From positions 496,001-560,000 of the forward strand of contig MCFH01000016.1 of the NCBI GenBank assembly GCA_002104945.1: DNA of 64,000 nucleotides. The letters run 5' to 3'. Shown here piece after piece: positions 1 through 13,711 of this stretch (positions are counted from its first letter, which is position 1; each line of letters begins with the position of its first letter). Position numbers and translations under genes: made by a program. This stretch comes from Piromyces finnis finn (lineage: Eukaryota; Fungi; Neocallimastigomycota). The notes below the pieces were generated by a model that saw only the letters and a program-made list of their open reading frames with translations, was not told the DNA's origin and did no database searches.

Positions 1-127
1 AGTAGTAGTTTTAGAAACAGGTTCATTAATCCATAAATTGAAATAAAATACCAGATCAAAAAATAAAAAAATAAAAAAAACTTTCATTTCATTACATTTA
101 TTAATACAAAATTCAATAATAATTATC

Positions 128-165
<38 letters not shown>

Positions 166-221
166 CATTATCTAAAATATCAAAATAATTAAATATTATA
201 CTATTACTTTATATTTTTAGA

Positions 222-1670
222 TATGGAATGCAGAAAATGGGGAATGTTATCATACTCTGAGAGGTCATAGTGGAGAAATTTTATGTGTTACTTTTAATAA
301 TCAAAGCTCCATGATTGCAACAGGTAGTATGGATTCATTATGTATACTATGGGATGTTAGAAGTGGAGATGAACTATTTAAATTAATGGTAAAATTATAA
401 AATTTACTATTTTTAAAATTGTTGGTGCACGAATAATTAAACAAAAAAAAAAAAAAACAATAATAAATATTAATATTCCTCTATGCTAATTTTTTTTCTC
501 TAAAAAAAAAAAGGGACATTCAGAAGAAATTGTTAATGTAGTATTTTCAAAAAATGATTTACTCCTTGCAACCGGTTCATTTGATTCAACTGTTTGTATT
601 TGGGATACTAAAACCGGAAGGTATATATATATATAATAAAGAATTATCATATTATATATTAACTTGGAAGGAAAAATTAAAATTTTCTTTTAGTACTTTT
701 AATAATTTAGTAATATTTTTTTATTATAATTATATATATTATTAATTTAGAAATATACATAAACTAATTGGACATCATAGAGAAATATCCTCAATACAAT
801 TTTCTTCATATTCAAATAAACTTTTAACATCATCCTTGGATGGAACTGTAAAAATATGGGATGTATTAACAGGCTCATGTATTTCAACATTAACGTATTA
901 TCCCGTATTAAAAAATAAAATCATTATATTAAACTTTCCTTTTTCAAATTACATTTATTAATTATACTATTTAATATATTTAATATGTAAATCTCTCATC
1001 ATTAAAATTTATGTAAAAAATTTACTGATATTTATTCACGGAACTACTAGTGATCATACAGATGAAGTATTAGATGCCTCTTTTAGTTTATCTGGAAAAT
1101 ATATTGTAACTGCTTCAGCAGATAAAACAGCCATATTGTATAATGCAACAACATATGATAAAATAACTGAATTTAAAGAACATGAGAATGAAATAACAAA
1201 AGTAAATTTTCTCATTCATTATATTTTAAATTATACTTAATACATACATTATATTATATAATTCAAACAATAATAAATAGAAAAATCGTTTGATATTAAT
1301 ATATTTATATACAAAAAAAGGTTATGTTTAATCCTCAAGGAACACTTATTATAACAGCAAGTAGAGATAAAACTATTAAAATATGGGATATAGAAACAAA
1401 AAAATGCATTCAAACATTTTCAGAATTTCAAAATGATGTATTTTCATGTTCATTTAACTATTATGGAGATATAATTATAACAGGTAAAAATTTTTTAATA
1501 TCAGAATAGGTTAACCTTTCATATATATGACTCTAATATATATTATATTAATGTATATGTTGAGAAAAAAAAAATTGTTAAAATATATCCAAATATATAT
1601 TTTTATTTTTCTTCTATTTATAGGATCAAAAGATAATAATTGTAATATTTATAAGCAGGTTCAAGCATAA
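222..1670 (+). CDS. DAW1: Dynein assembly factor with WD repeats 1 (DAW1/WDR69/ODA16), 3' part; exons approx. 222-388, 514-620, 751-894, 1051-1201, 1321-1483, 1624-1670
   Basis: GT-AG-bounded exons splice to ...IWNAENGECYHTLRGHSGEILCVTFNNQSSMIATGSMDSLCILWD...FNYYGDIIITGSKDNNCNIYKQVQA*. This matches the WD40 repeat order and the C-terminal GSKDN motif of DAW1. The 5' exons lie before the window. Confidence 0.85.
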
Positions 1671-2330
1671 TAAATAAGAAGTTCTTAATAGTAATATAAA
1701 GAAAAGATTTAAGATAATATTGAATATAAAATATAGATGAAAATCATTTAAATTATGGTTTTGTGTTTTATGTTTTATATATTTTTAAAGCAATTAAATT
1801 ATAAAATTCAATAAAAAAATTTTTTTCCTACTTAAACTTTATAATATTTTGACAATATTTCAAATTTTGCTATTTTTTATTAGATTTATACTTAATTTCT
1901 ATATATATATTTGTTAATTGAAAATTTTCTTTAATCACCCTAACTCCTTATATATATTAATATTTCAAATTTCAAATATTTGTTAAATTTTTACAAAAAA
2001 AAAAAAAAAAAAGGACCTATTTTTATATTATAAATGTGTTCTTTAAGAAAAGGACAAATATATATATATATGTTAACTGTAGTCAATATCAATAATACTT
2101 TTAATCATTGTTAATTAATATAATATTATATTTTATTGAAACATTTTTTAAGTTTAATAATAAAAATTTATATAATTTTTAAATATAATCAGTTCTTTAT
2201 TATTCACACTTTTTTTGGTATCAAAAAAATACAAATCTCTTTACCAAAGAACTATATTTTGGATTTTTAAATTTGATGGCTTAAACACTCTAAATATCAA
2301 TATATATACTTTTTAAACGTTCCACACTTC

Positions 2331-3947
2331 GGTATGTACTCGATTCCAAAGGTTTCTTGCTATACTTATCTTGGAATCCCATTCGACGAAGATCTTTCTC
2401 TGACTCCTATTCTGTCTAATATGTACAAAAAAGTTCAGAAATCTTTATTCTCTTTTAAGAGCTTCCTCACTAACAATTGTGTTCCTATTGGCTTAGAAAA
2501 TATAGTAATTCATTCCTATATTTTAAGCAAAATCTCTTATTATGCTCCTTTACTTGGTTCCAATAAAAATAAAACTAGAAGAGACCAATCTCTTATCAAT
2601 ACTGTTGTTTTATGGAGTGTCAATAGTTTTCACAATAAAAGTCTTAATAAAAAAGATTTTGTTTTTGAATGAAATTCATTCATTAGTCTGTATGCTCTTA
2701 TAAGAGATATGAAGATTCCTACCCTTTCAGGTATTTGTGCTGCGCAACAAGTGAAATGCTTTGTTAAATGGAGAAAATCAAATTGTATTATTAAAGATCT
2801 CGTCCGATCTATTCCTCCCATGTCTCATTACTCTTGGGCCAAAGAATCTTGCTCACTTCATAAGAAGCTTATGAAAATAAATATTAAAAGTACTAAAGAT
2901 ATTAGAGAATATTATTGGAATAATAGTAGCCTAAATAATGGAAGTAAAGCCATCAGATATACTAACAACAAATTCATTAATTCAAATGGCCTAATGCATA
3001 TCGGTCTCAACAAACCTCACTTAAATTTTGGAATTACCTGGATTATTCGTATTCGATGCGGTTATGAATACACTACCCGAATTGCTATTGCCAGTAATAG
3101 AATTACTCCTGACTACCCTCGTGTCTGTCCATGTTGCGGATATGACGAACAATCTTTTTACCATTGGATATTAGAATGTTCTGTATTCTCTGAGTACAGA
3201 ACTTCTTCTTCACTTAGCTTTCTTGACAATCTTTTTACCCTTTTTTACAATAAATATAAGAATCAATTCATCACATACTTACTCCCTGAAATGGAAGTAA
3301 GAAAAATAATTTATAACTATATTTTTACGTTCCTTTTTGGTGGAACTTTAGCTTATGATGAGCTACAAATCGATAAGGCGGAACAAAGACATTTGAATGA
3401 ACAGCTTTACAGTTCATCGGGGTCTCATGTTCCATAGGTAGAAGGTCTCGCGGCTTTTCTTACTAAAATAATCCCTATCATCAGTAGCTCTATGAGGCTA
3501 CTTTTTGATAGGTTTAGTAAGACACCTAACGTAATCAAGAGCGCCGACGTCGTACCAATATGGCAAAGGAACATTCTCAGTGTTCCGTACACAAGGTTCA
3601 ATGTTAGTATTTCTTCGAATGAAAAACATTATGAGCTCATGGGAGAGTTTAGGGGACACCACACTATCATACCTGATGTTATTTCTTTTTTTTATTTCAT
3701 TTAATTTATTAGGTAGGGACCAATTCCACACAGTACAAATTGCAGAGTTCATTGAACTTTTATGCAACTTAAATAATTATTTTATATTATTTTATATTTT
3801 TATTTATATATATTTTATTATTTTTATTTATTATTTATTATATCAATATGTATTATCACCTAATATAATGTAATATCACTAATTAAATAAATAAATAAAA
3901 GATGTGTATTCTCTTCCTAATCTAAAAAAAAAAAAAAAAAAAAAAAA
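2331..3947 (+). mobile_element. 5'-truncated, inactivated LINE (family A): RT C-terminal part, CCHC knuckle, 3'UTR and poly(A)
   Basis: ORFs 2334-2672 and 2709-3437 contain YTYLGIPF, YAPLLGSNK and CPCCG...HWILEC, homologous to the 1516-aa LINE protein. A24 tail at 3924-3947. TSD aaacgttccaca at 2315-2326 and 3945-3956. Confidence 0.92.
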
Positions 3948-5162
3948 CGTTCCACATTTCCAATAATTAATTTTTATTTTAATATTTAGGTACAATGTTT
4001 TATGTTTTATTTAAAGTAAAATAAAATATATTCTTTAATATATAAAAAATATAATTTTTTTTCTTTGTACATTATTTAAAAATATTAAATATATCGATAT
4101 AATTTTTGATTATTTCAAGGTGATAATGATAAGATATATGTATTTATTCATAAAATTTCTTAATATATATTATTTTTATTTATTATATATTTACATATAA
4201 TTAAGAACATTATTTTACCAATAATATTATATGTTTAAATATTTTTATATAGATTATATATATAATTAAATAATAGATATGTTATAAATATACTATACTA
4301 TTCATACATTACATAATGTAAAATTTTCAGATTTTCTTACTTTCAAGATATACTAATGTTTATATATATATATAAAACTAGTGTCATTATTTTAATAATA
4401 CAATTAGAATTTTCACATGAGCGTTTATATCCTCAAAATAATCCTAATTCTATATTACCTGATTTCTAGTTAAATATATTAAATGTGAAAGTATCAGATC
4501 CTAAAAGAAATATATAAGGTGTCAAATACTTTCACAAATTAGTAATTTAGTATTTTAAATGAAAAGAGAGTAATATCTTTAGTTTTATTTATTAAATTTA
4601 GAGGACAACAGACAACTTATTCACTTTTTAAAGGATACCTTCCTTTACTTTTTTCTTATAAGATATATTAAAACAACAATATAAATTTTTTTATATATTG
4701 AATCACCTTCTTTTTCAGAGAAAAAGTACTTATATATAGAGTAAAAATAATATTAGTAAAGTTTTCTTTTCATCAGTACTTTGTTTGAGGTCCAGTCCTA
4801 TAAGTATTTAGTATAAAAAATATCTGTTGCTAATAAATAAATATTAACAGAGTATCATTTTATTCTTTACAAATTAAAACGGAAGGAACATTCTAATAAT
4901 TAAATTCCTTAATTAAAAAAAAATTAATATAAAATTTAATCATACTTTTTATAGTAATTTATGTATTAATAATAATAATAATGTTTTTCCTTTTCCCTTT
5001 CCCCTTAGTATATAGAATTATAATAATAATATTATGACTCCTGAAATTAATTAGGTGGTTATAACAAATTTATATTTATAATTTTAAGATGATAATATTT
5101 AATAATAATAATAATAATAATAGTATATTCATTTTGTATAAAAGAGGACCTTATAAGGTTAT

Positions 5163-5197
<35 letters not shown>

Positions 5198-8100
5198 GAT
5201 CTAATTAATTTATAATTTATTTCCAAAAAAGATATAAATTAAAAAAAAAAAAAAAACACTAATTTTTATAAAAGTCAAATGATAACATATTTAATGTTAA
5301 ATATATATAAACATTATTAATAAACATAAAAGATGCACATTTATTATTGTGTATTTTCAAAAAAGAATTTCAAGTGTTGCTTCATTAAATTAGTTATTAT
5401 TTGTTTGTATTCATATATATTTATTTCACTATTTAAATTTAACGTTTCATTTATTCTTTATTTTCCACAATATTTCATATTTAGTTTAAGTAAAACAAGT
5501 TAGTAATCATTAATAGAACTTTATAGTTAAAAAATGGACAAAATACATTTGAAATAATATTATATCATAAGATTATATATTAAGAAAAAAAGTAAATAGA
5601 ATTTAAAATGTAAAAATTAAGTATAAATTAAAATTTGTATTCAAGCAATTTACAAAAAAAAATATACAAAATCACTAAGAATAAAGTTAAATTTATCAAT
5701 TAAATGTAATGAAAGAGATAATAGTTATAATTTTCAATAATATAAAAGAATAGTATATTATTTTGTTATTAGAAAAAAAGTATATTATAATTTCTATATT
5801 ATTTATCTAATTGTCTTTCAAAAGAATAAAAAAAATAATTGAAGATGTAACCCAACCCTTTTACTATACAAATAAAATTTCTTGGAATTTTTATTTCATG
5901 ATTAAAGACATATAAAATAAAGTTCTTAATATAAGTAATATATTATTTGTATTCTATTTTATTAATATTTTGTGTAATATAAAACATTATTTGTTGGAAA
6001 AAATTTTATTAATAAGTCAATATTTCATGGTTTGTGTAACATTTATTGATTAAAAAGAAGGTTATAAAAATAAAAAAAACACCTATAATCATCAAAATAT
6101 AATTATTCATTTATTTCTTATTCAAAAAAGGAAAATTAATATATTTTTTATTTAAATTAAATGAAAAAAAAACTTTATTTATTATAATTATTTATTTTCT
6201 CTCATCTCTCTTTATTAAAAAAATGATTAAATATTTTTGTAATAATATAAAAAAAAAGAAAATAATTTCTTTACATAAAGAAAACTGATAAAAAATCTTG
6301 TGGTAAAAGAATGAATAAATTCTATAAATTTATTAAAAAAAAAAAAGTAATGTAATGATATATTATATAACGGATAAAGTATTTTAATAGGTTTGTTATT
6401 ATTTTTAAACTATATAATGTTAATCTTTCAAGACCCATAAATCAATAAAAATATTATATTGTTCTTCTATCATATTATGCTATTGCGGTAATTTATAAAA
6501 GAGGAATTTTTTATATTCCTTTTTTTTATGATGTTCAAGTCATATTCATTAATTTTTATTGGACAAATTATTATTTAACTTTTTCCTTGTTGAATTTAAT
6601 TTTTATATAATTTTTCCAAAATAATAAAAAATTGCATAATGAAATAACAAATAAAGCTATAATCATTATATTCCAAGATCATAAAGGATGGCTTTTTAAT
6701 AGTTACAGCACTACAATATAATGATATAATCTATTTTATTTCATTTTGTTTTATTTGTTTTATTTTTTTTTGAGTAGTATTTACAAAATCATTAATGAAA
6801 ATAAAAAAAGAATTAAAATAATACTACATAAAGGCAAGGTTATTACTTTAATATCAAATATTTGAAATGTCAATTTGGTATAAAATGAAAAAGGGTTCTA
6901 TTTTACACTATTAATTTCAATATAAAATTGTTACTGGCTAAATTAATTAGAATATCCTTATTTATCCATTTCTTATATTAAATTCTATAGAAAAATATGA
7001 ATATAAAAAAAAGGGTATAATAATAACAAAATAACTATTATAATAATTTACCTGGTAGGAATAGCCATTTAAATTTTCATTCATGAAAATTTTAAATAAA
7101 ATAAGATTCTATTAAAAATTTCTAATAGTTAGAAATGATTAGCCTATAAAGAAAAATTATATAAACAAACAATTTAAAATATTAATATTAAATATATACA
7201 GCTATTTATAAAAATATAATTTAGAAAGAAGAAAAATAGTTATTTCAAAGTATTAAATAATGAAAACAAACACGTCTTTTGCTTATTTCTCATTCAAAAA
7301 AAAAAAGTATCTTTAACGGAGATTTAATTATTTTGACCAGATTTCTTATTATTTTAACACTAAAAAAAATGGATTTATTATAAGTAAAACTTATAATGAA
7401 AATATATTTATTATATGTAAAATTAATATGAATATAATATATTATAATACTAGTATTTTAATATAATTTAATTAGTTGAGACATTTAGGTTATAATTGCA
7501 ATAATATTAAAAAAAGGAAAAGCTTTTTTTTTATTAAATAAGATTTATTAAGATGAACTACGGTTTTTTATACTTAATATATATTATAATTGTATTGCTT
7601 ATATTTTATTAATATTTACTAATTTGTATTAAATTGTAAATATCAATATTAACGTAATATATAAATCAGTATACTACAACATATATTAAGACTATTAAAA
7701 ATTTTGTGAGAATAAAATTAAATTTAATTTATGTAACAATTATTAAAATATATTAATTAGGATTTATAGTCAAAATGTTCTGGTTTTTATATAATAATAT
7801 ATTATTAATTTATTAGAATGATATAATATATCAGTATATAATATATTAATATTATATTTCTATTCTTTTTTAAGTATTTTTTTTATTTTTTTTGTATTGT
7901 AAAAAATAATTTAAAGTAAAATTAGTTTTACAATATATAAAAATATAAATTGATATACATTGCAATATATGTAAAAAACATTATTAATTTAGGTTTGTTA
8001 ATAAGAATTTATTAATATTTAATAATATAATGATATATGATATAAACCAAAATATATATAAATAATAAAAATACAATAAATTATAATTTTTTCTTTGAAA

Positions 8101-8728
8101 AAAAAAAAATTAAAATAAATAAAGGTAAAATTCTTTTTTTTTTTTTTTTTTTAAAAAAAATAGAAATTTTAATTTATTAACTTTCATTATTTTTTTATAC
8201 TCTTATACACTTGCGCTGTTTAGATTTTAAAATCTTAAATTTTTTCTTTTTTTATTTATAAAATAAACATTTTTTTTAATTTTTTAAAGATTAAAAAAGG
8301 AAAAAAGAAAGTTTTACTTACAATATACCTAATAACTACTTTCTTTTTACTTTTTTATTCTTATTTTTTCAATATAAAGTTTTAATAAATAACAAATAAT
8401 AATGATATCAATTCAACCGTTTATGTAAAATAAATTTATAAAAACATACAATATATTCAGATTTTAAAAAAATATTATCAAGAAAAAAAATACAACATAT
8501 AGATATCATAACCAAATAATATATATAGACACAATAGAGTAAAAAAAAAAAATTATTTTTCAAAAATTATAAGAAAAAATATAATATTGCTGCAAGATTT
8601 TAATAAACTTATATATTCATATCATATAATAAATAAATATAACTAAATAGGTAAGCAAATATATAGTAAATTACATAATATTTTCTTGGAATACTAAAAT
8701 AAATATTGTAATTGCATTTTTAGAAAAA

Positions 8729-10216
8729 ATGGCAACATTCACATATAAAAAAATATCATATTTAAATGACCCATATCAACAGTATCTTTCTTCAAAAGCT
8801 GCTTCAAAGGAATCAAGTACCAAAACAGATAATAGTAATAAAAATAATTTCTTAAGTCCTGAAAGTATTAAAAAAGACCATAGAACAACAAAACTTTTAC
8901 TTGATGTTAAAGAATTCGGTGCTTTTAGTAATATCGATAAGAATGCTAATGGCAAAACAGAAAATAATTTAACAGTTCCAAATCCAAATTTTAAGAATAC
9001 ACTCAATGTTGATATGATAAAAACTAATAACGAATTATTAGCTCCACCAAGTTTCGAAAGTACCACAAAAACTAATAATAGTTTATTAGCCCCAGCAAAA
9101 AATGCCGAAAAAAATGTATCACTTTCAGAAACAAATAAAAATAAGCATTCAAGTTTCATAAATCCACTCATGGACATGAAATTCGATGTTGGAGGTTTAT
9201 TTGATGATGGTGATAAAAGTAGTGAAGATTTATTCGGTGCTATTCTTTCAAAATATGATAAGATGGAAGAAGTTGACAATGGTTCATCATCTGAAAAGTC
9301 AAATGAAGAAACTCCTAAATTAATGGAGTCTCTTGAAGAAATAAAAAAAGAAAACAGAATAAGTCAAGGTACTATAAAAATGAAACGTAATAGTACAATT
9401 AAAGGTGAATGTACTCTAACTTCAAATGATACTATTAAAGGTAACTGTACTATAAATGCAAGCAGTACAATTAAAAGCAATAAACACGGTAAACACGGTA
9501 GTCAAGATACTATTAAAATAATACAAGAAAAAACTAAAAAAATTGACTCCTTCGATAATCAATTAGTAGAGAATCTAAATGCTCAACCAGCTATTATAGT
9601 TGACAAAGATTATTTAAATGATGGAGAAAGTGAAGAAGAAAATAATGGATTTAATCCAGATATATATAAGGAAGATGAAAAAATTGAATTATCTTATTCT
9701 AATGACTGGGAAGATCCATGGAGAAGTGGTAAAAATAAAAAAGGAGCTTCTTCAATGAAATCTTCACAATCAAAATTATCAGCTTTTTCAAGCTTCACCT
9801 TCAGATCCTCTAAAAAATTAGGAAAAATGACAAAAAACCTCTACAAAAAACTTACAAAACAAAAGCCAACACCACAACTCCCAATGTCACCAATTGATAT
9901 ACCCTCAACTTATAATGAAAAAGAAAGAGCTTTTGAAGAGATGATTTTCAGGGATGATACCATTTCTTTATCATTATCAAATCCAAATGGTTCTTTAACT
10001 TCTACTTTTGCAGATAAAACTTTCCCATTAACTGAAAATGTAAATGAAAATCAAACTGAAAATAATGAAGAATCAGAAAAATCATTTGTTTCTTCAACTA
10101 GTTCATATGATGGTGAAGGATTAGAATCCAAGAAAAAAAGACATAGACAAGGAATTAATTTTGAAGAAGCCTTAAAAGAAGGAAATGAATTCCGTGTATC
10201 CTTAGCAAACTTATAA
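8729..10216 (+). CDS. Hypothetical low-complexity S/N/K/E-rich protein, 495 aa, single coding exon
   Basis: 1.5-kb open frame that is GC-richer than its flanks. ATG sits in an A-rich context after a probable 5'UTR intron (gtaagc 8651 to ttttag 8722). No recognisable domain. Confidence 0.75.
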   Translation: MATFTYKKISYLNDPYQQYLSSKAASKESSTKTDNSNKNNFLSPESIKKDHRTTKLLLDVKEFGAFSNIDKNANGKTENNLTVPNPNFKNTLNVDMIKTNNELLAPPSFESTTKTNNSLLAPAKNAEKNVSLSETNKNKHSSFINPLMDMKFDVGGLFDDGDKSSEDLFGAILSKYDKMEEVDNGSSSEKSNEETPKLMESLEEIKKENRISQGTIKMKRNSTIKGECTLTSNDTIKGNCTINASSTIKSNKHGKHGSQDTIKIIQEKTKKIDSFDNQLVENLNAQPAIIVDKDYLNDGESEEENNGFNPDIYKEDEKIELSYSNDWEDPWRSGKNKKGASSMKSSQSKLSAFSSFTFRSSKKLGKMTKNLYKKLTKQKPTPQLPMSPIDIPSTYNEKERAFEEMIFRDDTISLSLSNPNGSLTSTFADKTFPLTENVNENQTENNEESEKSFVSSTSSYDGEGLESKKKRHRQGINFEEALKEGNEFRVSLANL

Positions 10217-13200
10217 GCAATACATCAAAACAAGCAAAATCAAAGATAAAACCATAAAATATTCGTATATAGTAGAATGTGAAAAAAAAAAGCATATATA
10301 TATTTATTTTTGGTTATATTTATTTTTATTTTTATTTTTTTTTTTCATAAAAATCAAATAGAATAAAAAAATATTATAGCACATTTCAAATAAAGAATCA
10401 AAAACAAACAAACAAATAAACAGAAAAAAAAAACAGACAATATTAAATATAAATATAATATATATCAAAAAAAATTATCAAATATAAAGTATAAATTTTT
10501 ATAATTCATAATATACACAAATATACACAAATGGTAATTTTAAAATATAATTAAAAAAAAATCAAAAAACGAAATAAAGTATTAAAGTAAAATTCAAAAA
10601 GAAAAAAAATCAAATAATCAACATAAAAGAATATATATTATCCATATTAACATAAAATAAAATTAGAGTATTTTAAATCAATTTATTTAAAGTACGTTGT
10701 AGTTATTATCAAAAAATTTATGAATGTTTTTTAGAGAAATTCAATTGATGTAAAAAAAAAAAAAAATAATAATTCAAAAATAATTCTTTAAAATACTATT
10801 TATTTATTTTTTATATTAACATTTACCTGCAAAAAAAAAAAAAAGAAAAAAAAGAAATTCATAAAACAAAATGGTATAATTATTATTGATATATTATTGT
10901 TTTTATTTAAGGATATAAAAATTAATAATAACAATAATAAAATATATAAATATAAATTATTAAAGATTAATAAGTAAAAAAAAAAAAAAAAAAGTGTTAA
11001 TATTTAATATTCAATTATTGACTATTATTACTATTATACCTTTAATTACTATTAATTCTTTAATAATAATAATAATAATAGAAAAAATTGCTATAATATA
11101 GAGTCTTTAAAGTAGTTTTTAATTTTTTTTAAAAAAAATAAAAAAATAAAAATAAAAATAAAATTTTACAAATAATATATATATATATATATATATAAAC
11201 TACACCTAATTTCATTTTCTTTTTATAAAGAAATAAAATTTTATTTGTATCATTAATATCTCATTTATAATAATATTAAAAAATTTTCTTATGAAAAGTT
11301 CTATTTTTATAGTAAACTTTTATATTTAATGTCAAGAATAGATCCTTTTATATCATTATTTAATAAATCTAAATAGTATGATTTAAATCAATTTTCTTAT
11401 AGATTCGATAATATTCAGTTAAACCTTTTAATATGAATTTCTTAATTTATTTCTCTCAATTAATACAGACTTAAAAAATCTTGTTAATATTTTCGGTTAC
11501 ATAATATATAAATCATTATATTTAATTATAATATTAAAAATTATCTTTTATTAGTATGCCTTTTTTTATTTATAATTTTAATATATTCATTTTTCTTATG
11601 TATAATAGAAAATATTTTGATTAATTGTGTTTAATATAATAAAATATTATTAATGGTTGTTATTATATACAGAACATAACTGAAAATTTTTAATTACCTC
11701 CCCCTACCTTCTACTAATAACATTGAAAAAATATAATAATAGGTAAGAGAGTATTTTGGTAAAAAGATTTTTAACATCAATCTTAACATATTGTATTTAT
11801 TGCAATAAATACAATATTAGAATTACAAACTAACAACGATGCCTTTGGTTCTACTGATATATATATATATATATTTAAAAAAAATAATAATACTACATCG
11901 TAATTAAAAAGAATTCATTTAGACCAGCCATTGACATTGTTGAAAGATTTAAAGAAAGAATAAATTCTGATATAGAATCAAATGATAACAATAATTCATA
12001 AAAATTATATCAATTATCATCGAAAAATAGAAAGAGTTTGAGACCCTTTCATCTCTTCACCTCTTTACTCACTATGTAGTTTTCTTTTTTTCTTTTATCA
12101 ATTTATGATTCATTTTAATTATCTATATATTTTTTTAATTTTTTCTTTTTTACTTCAGTGTTTTTTAATCATATATTATCAAAATCACGAAAAAAAAAAA
12201 AAATGAATTTTATATATGCATACCACTTTTTTTTTTTTGTCTTGTTTTTTTATATAAAGTTCATTTACATGTAATAATAAACAAAAATAAAAATTTTTTA
12301 TTGACAGTGGTATTATAATAATAATAATAATAAAGTAAGAAATAATATATAATGATATTAATAAATCATTAATATTCACTTTTTAATTTACTTAAATGAA
12401 TAAGAATGAAAGTTTTTAAAAAACAATTGTAATGATTATACACAAAATGTATTATGCATCATTTTATTTATGTCTTTGTTCTTTTGGTTGTTTGTTTGTT
12501 TATTTTTTATAAATAAAAGTTGATAACAATAAAAAAATTTTTTTTTTTTTATAATTTATTTATACAATTTATATTTAACCATTATAAAATATAAAATAAT
12601 AAATAATAAATAATTGTATAATTGAATCTATGCTATGTTATGTTTTATAATAAAATGGGCTAAATAAACTGGTATTTCCTATAAATTCTACAATTAATAT
12701 TTATAATAATGATTAATAATAACAGAAAAGAAAATGTCCATATTATTTAAATAAAAATGTGACTCTTAATTATTTTTTTAATTGAAATAAGAGTACTTAA
12801 ATATAAAAATAATATATTATTTTGTTTTTAAGTTTATTAAACAATATATTAATTTTATTATTATAACTTTTAAAAACTTTAATTCTAGACTTTTTTTTTT
12901 TAGTTTTTTCAAAAAAGAAATTAATGAACTAAAAGTAGTCTATAAATTCAGAATAAAATTAGAATTAATAACAAAAATGTATATTCTCATTCATTTAAAA
13001 TAAAAGAATTAAAATAAGTTGAATCCACAAGTTTATTAGTTGAATAGTATGATGGATTAAAAAAAAAAAAAAAGAAAAAAAGAAAAATAATAATACCAAA
13101 TTTTGTTAATTTTTTTGTAAATAATTACATTTTATATTTTAATATTGAATAATATATAATATAATATATATTATTCAAATGTTCAATATAATATATTTTA

Positions 13201-13461
13201 GTAAAAAATGTATTTTACCTTTTTTTCTTTTCATTAAATTTTTAATTTGTGGTTTTGAAGAAATTATTCATTTGTTAATTTTTAATTTAATTATATATGA
13301 CAGAATATACTATAGAATTTATGGATAGAAATTCATATTTTATAAATTAAATTTTCTAATTGGTATAAAAAGAAATAAATCACCAATTTTTTTTGCTTTT
13401 CAAAAAAAAACGAAATAACAAAAAATAAAAATTAAGATAATACATTATAATAAAATATAAA

Positions 13462-13514
13462 AAATAAAATAAAAATAAAATAAAAATAAAATAAAAATAA
13501 AATAAAAATAAAAT
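13462..13514. repeat. (AAAAT)n pentanucleotide microsatellite
   Basis: Direct reading of tandem aaaat units. Confidence 0.85.
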
Positions 13515-13711
13515 AGATATAAAAAAATAAATAAAAAAATAACAAATGTAAATATTTCATTTCAAATATTCAAATATATCATTAATAAAGTTTAATTATA
13601 ATATTTATTATATTTATTTTAATGTATTAAGAAATAATTGTAAACATTTTCAATAATAATAAACTCTAAATAAATATTTTTTTTAAAATTATTTTTATAC
13701 AGAACAAGAAT

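Noticed and set aside
3492-3873. Small ORFs at the end of the family-A LINE
   Set aside because: 3492-3704 continues the LINE frame after a premature stop. The others are chance frames over the 3'UTR.
8776-9279. Antisense 167-aa ORF, and similar shadow ORFs (44450-44767, 55246-55722, 60108-60374, 29847-30083, 24108-24434)
   Set aside because: They overlap better-supported genes and reflect codon bias or low complexity. There is no independent evidence.
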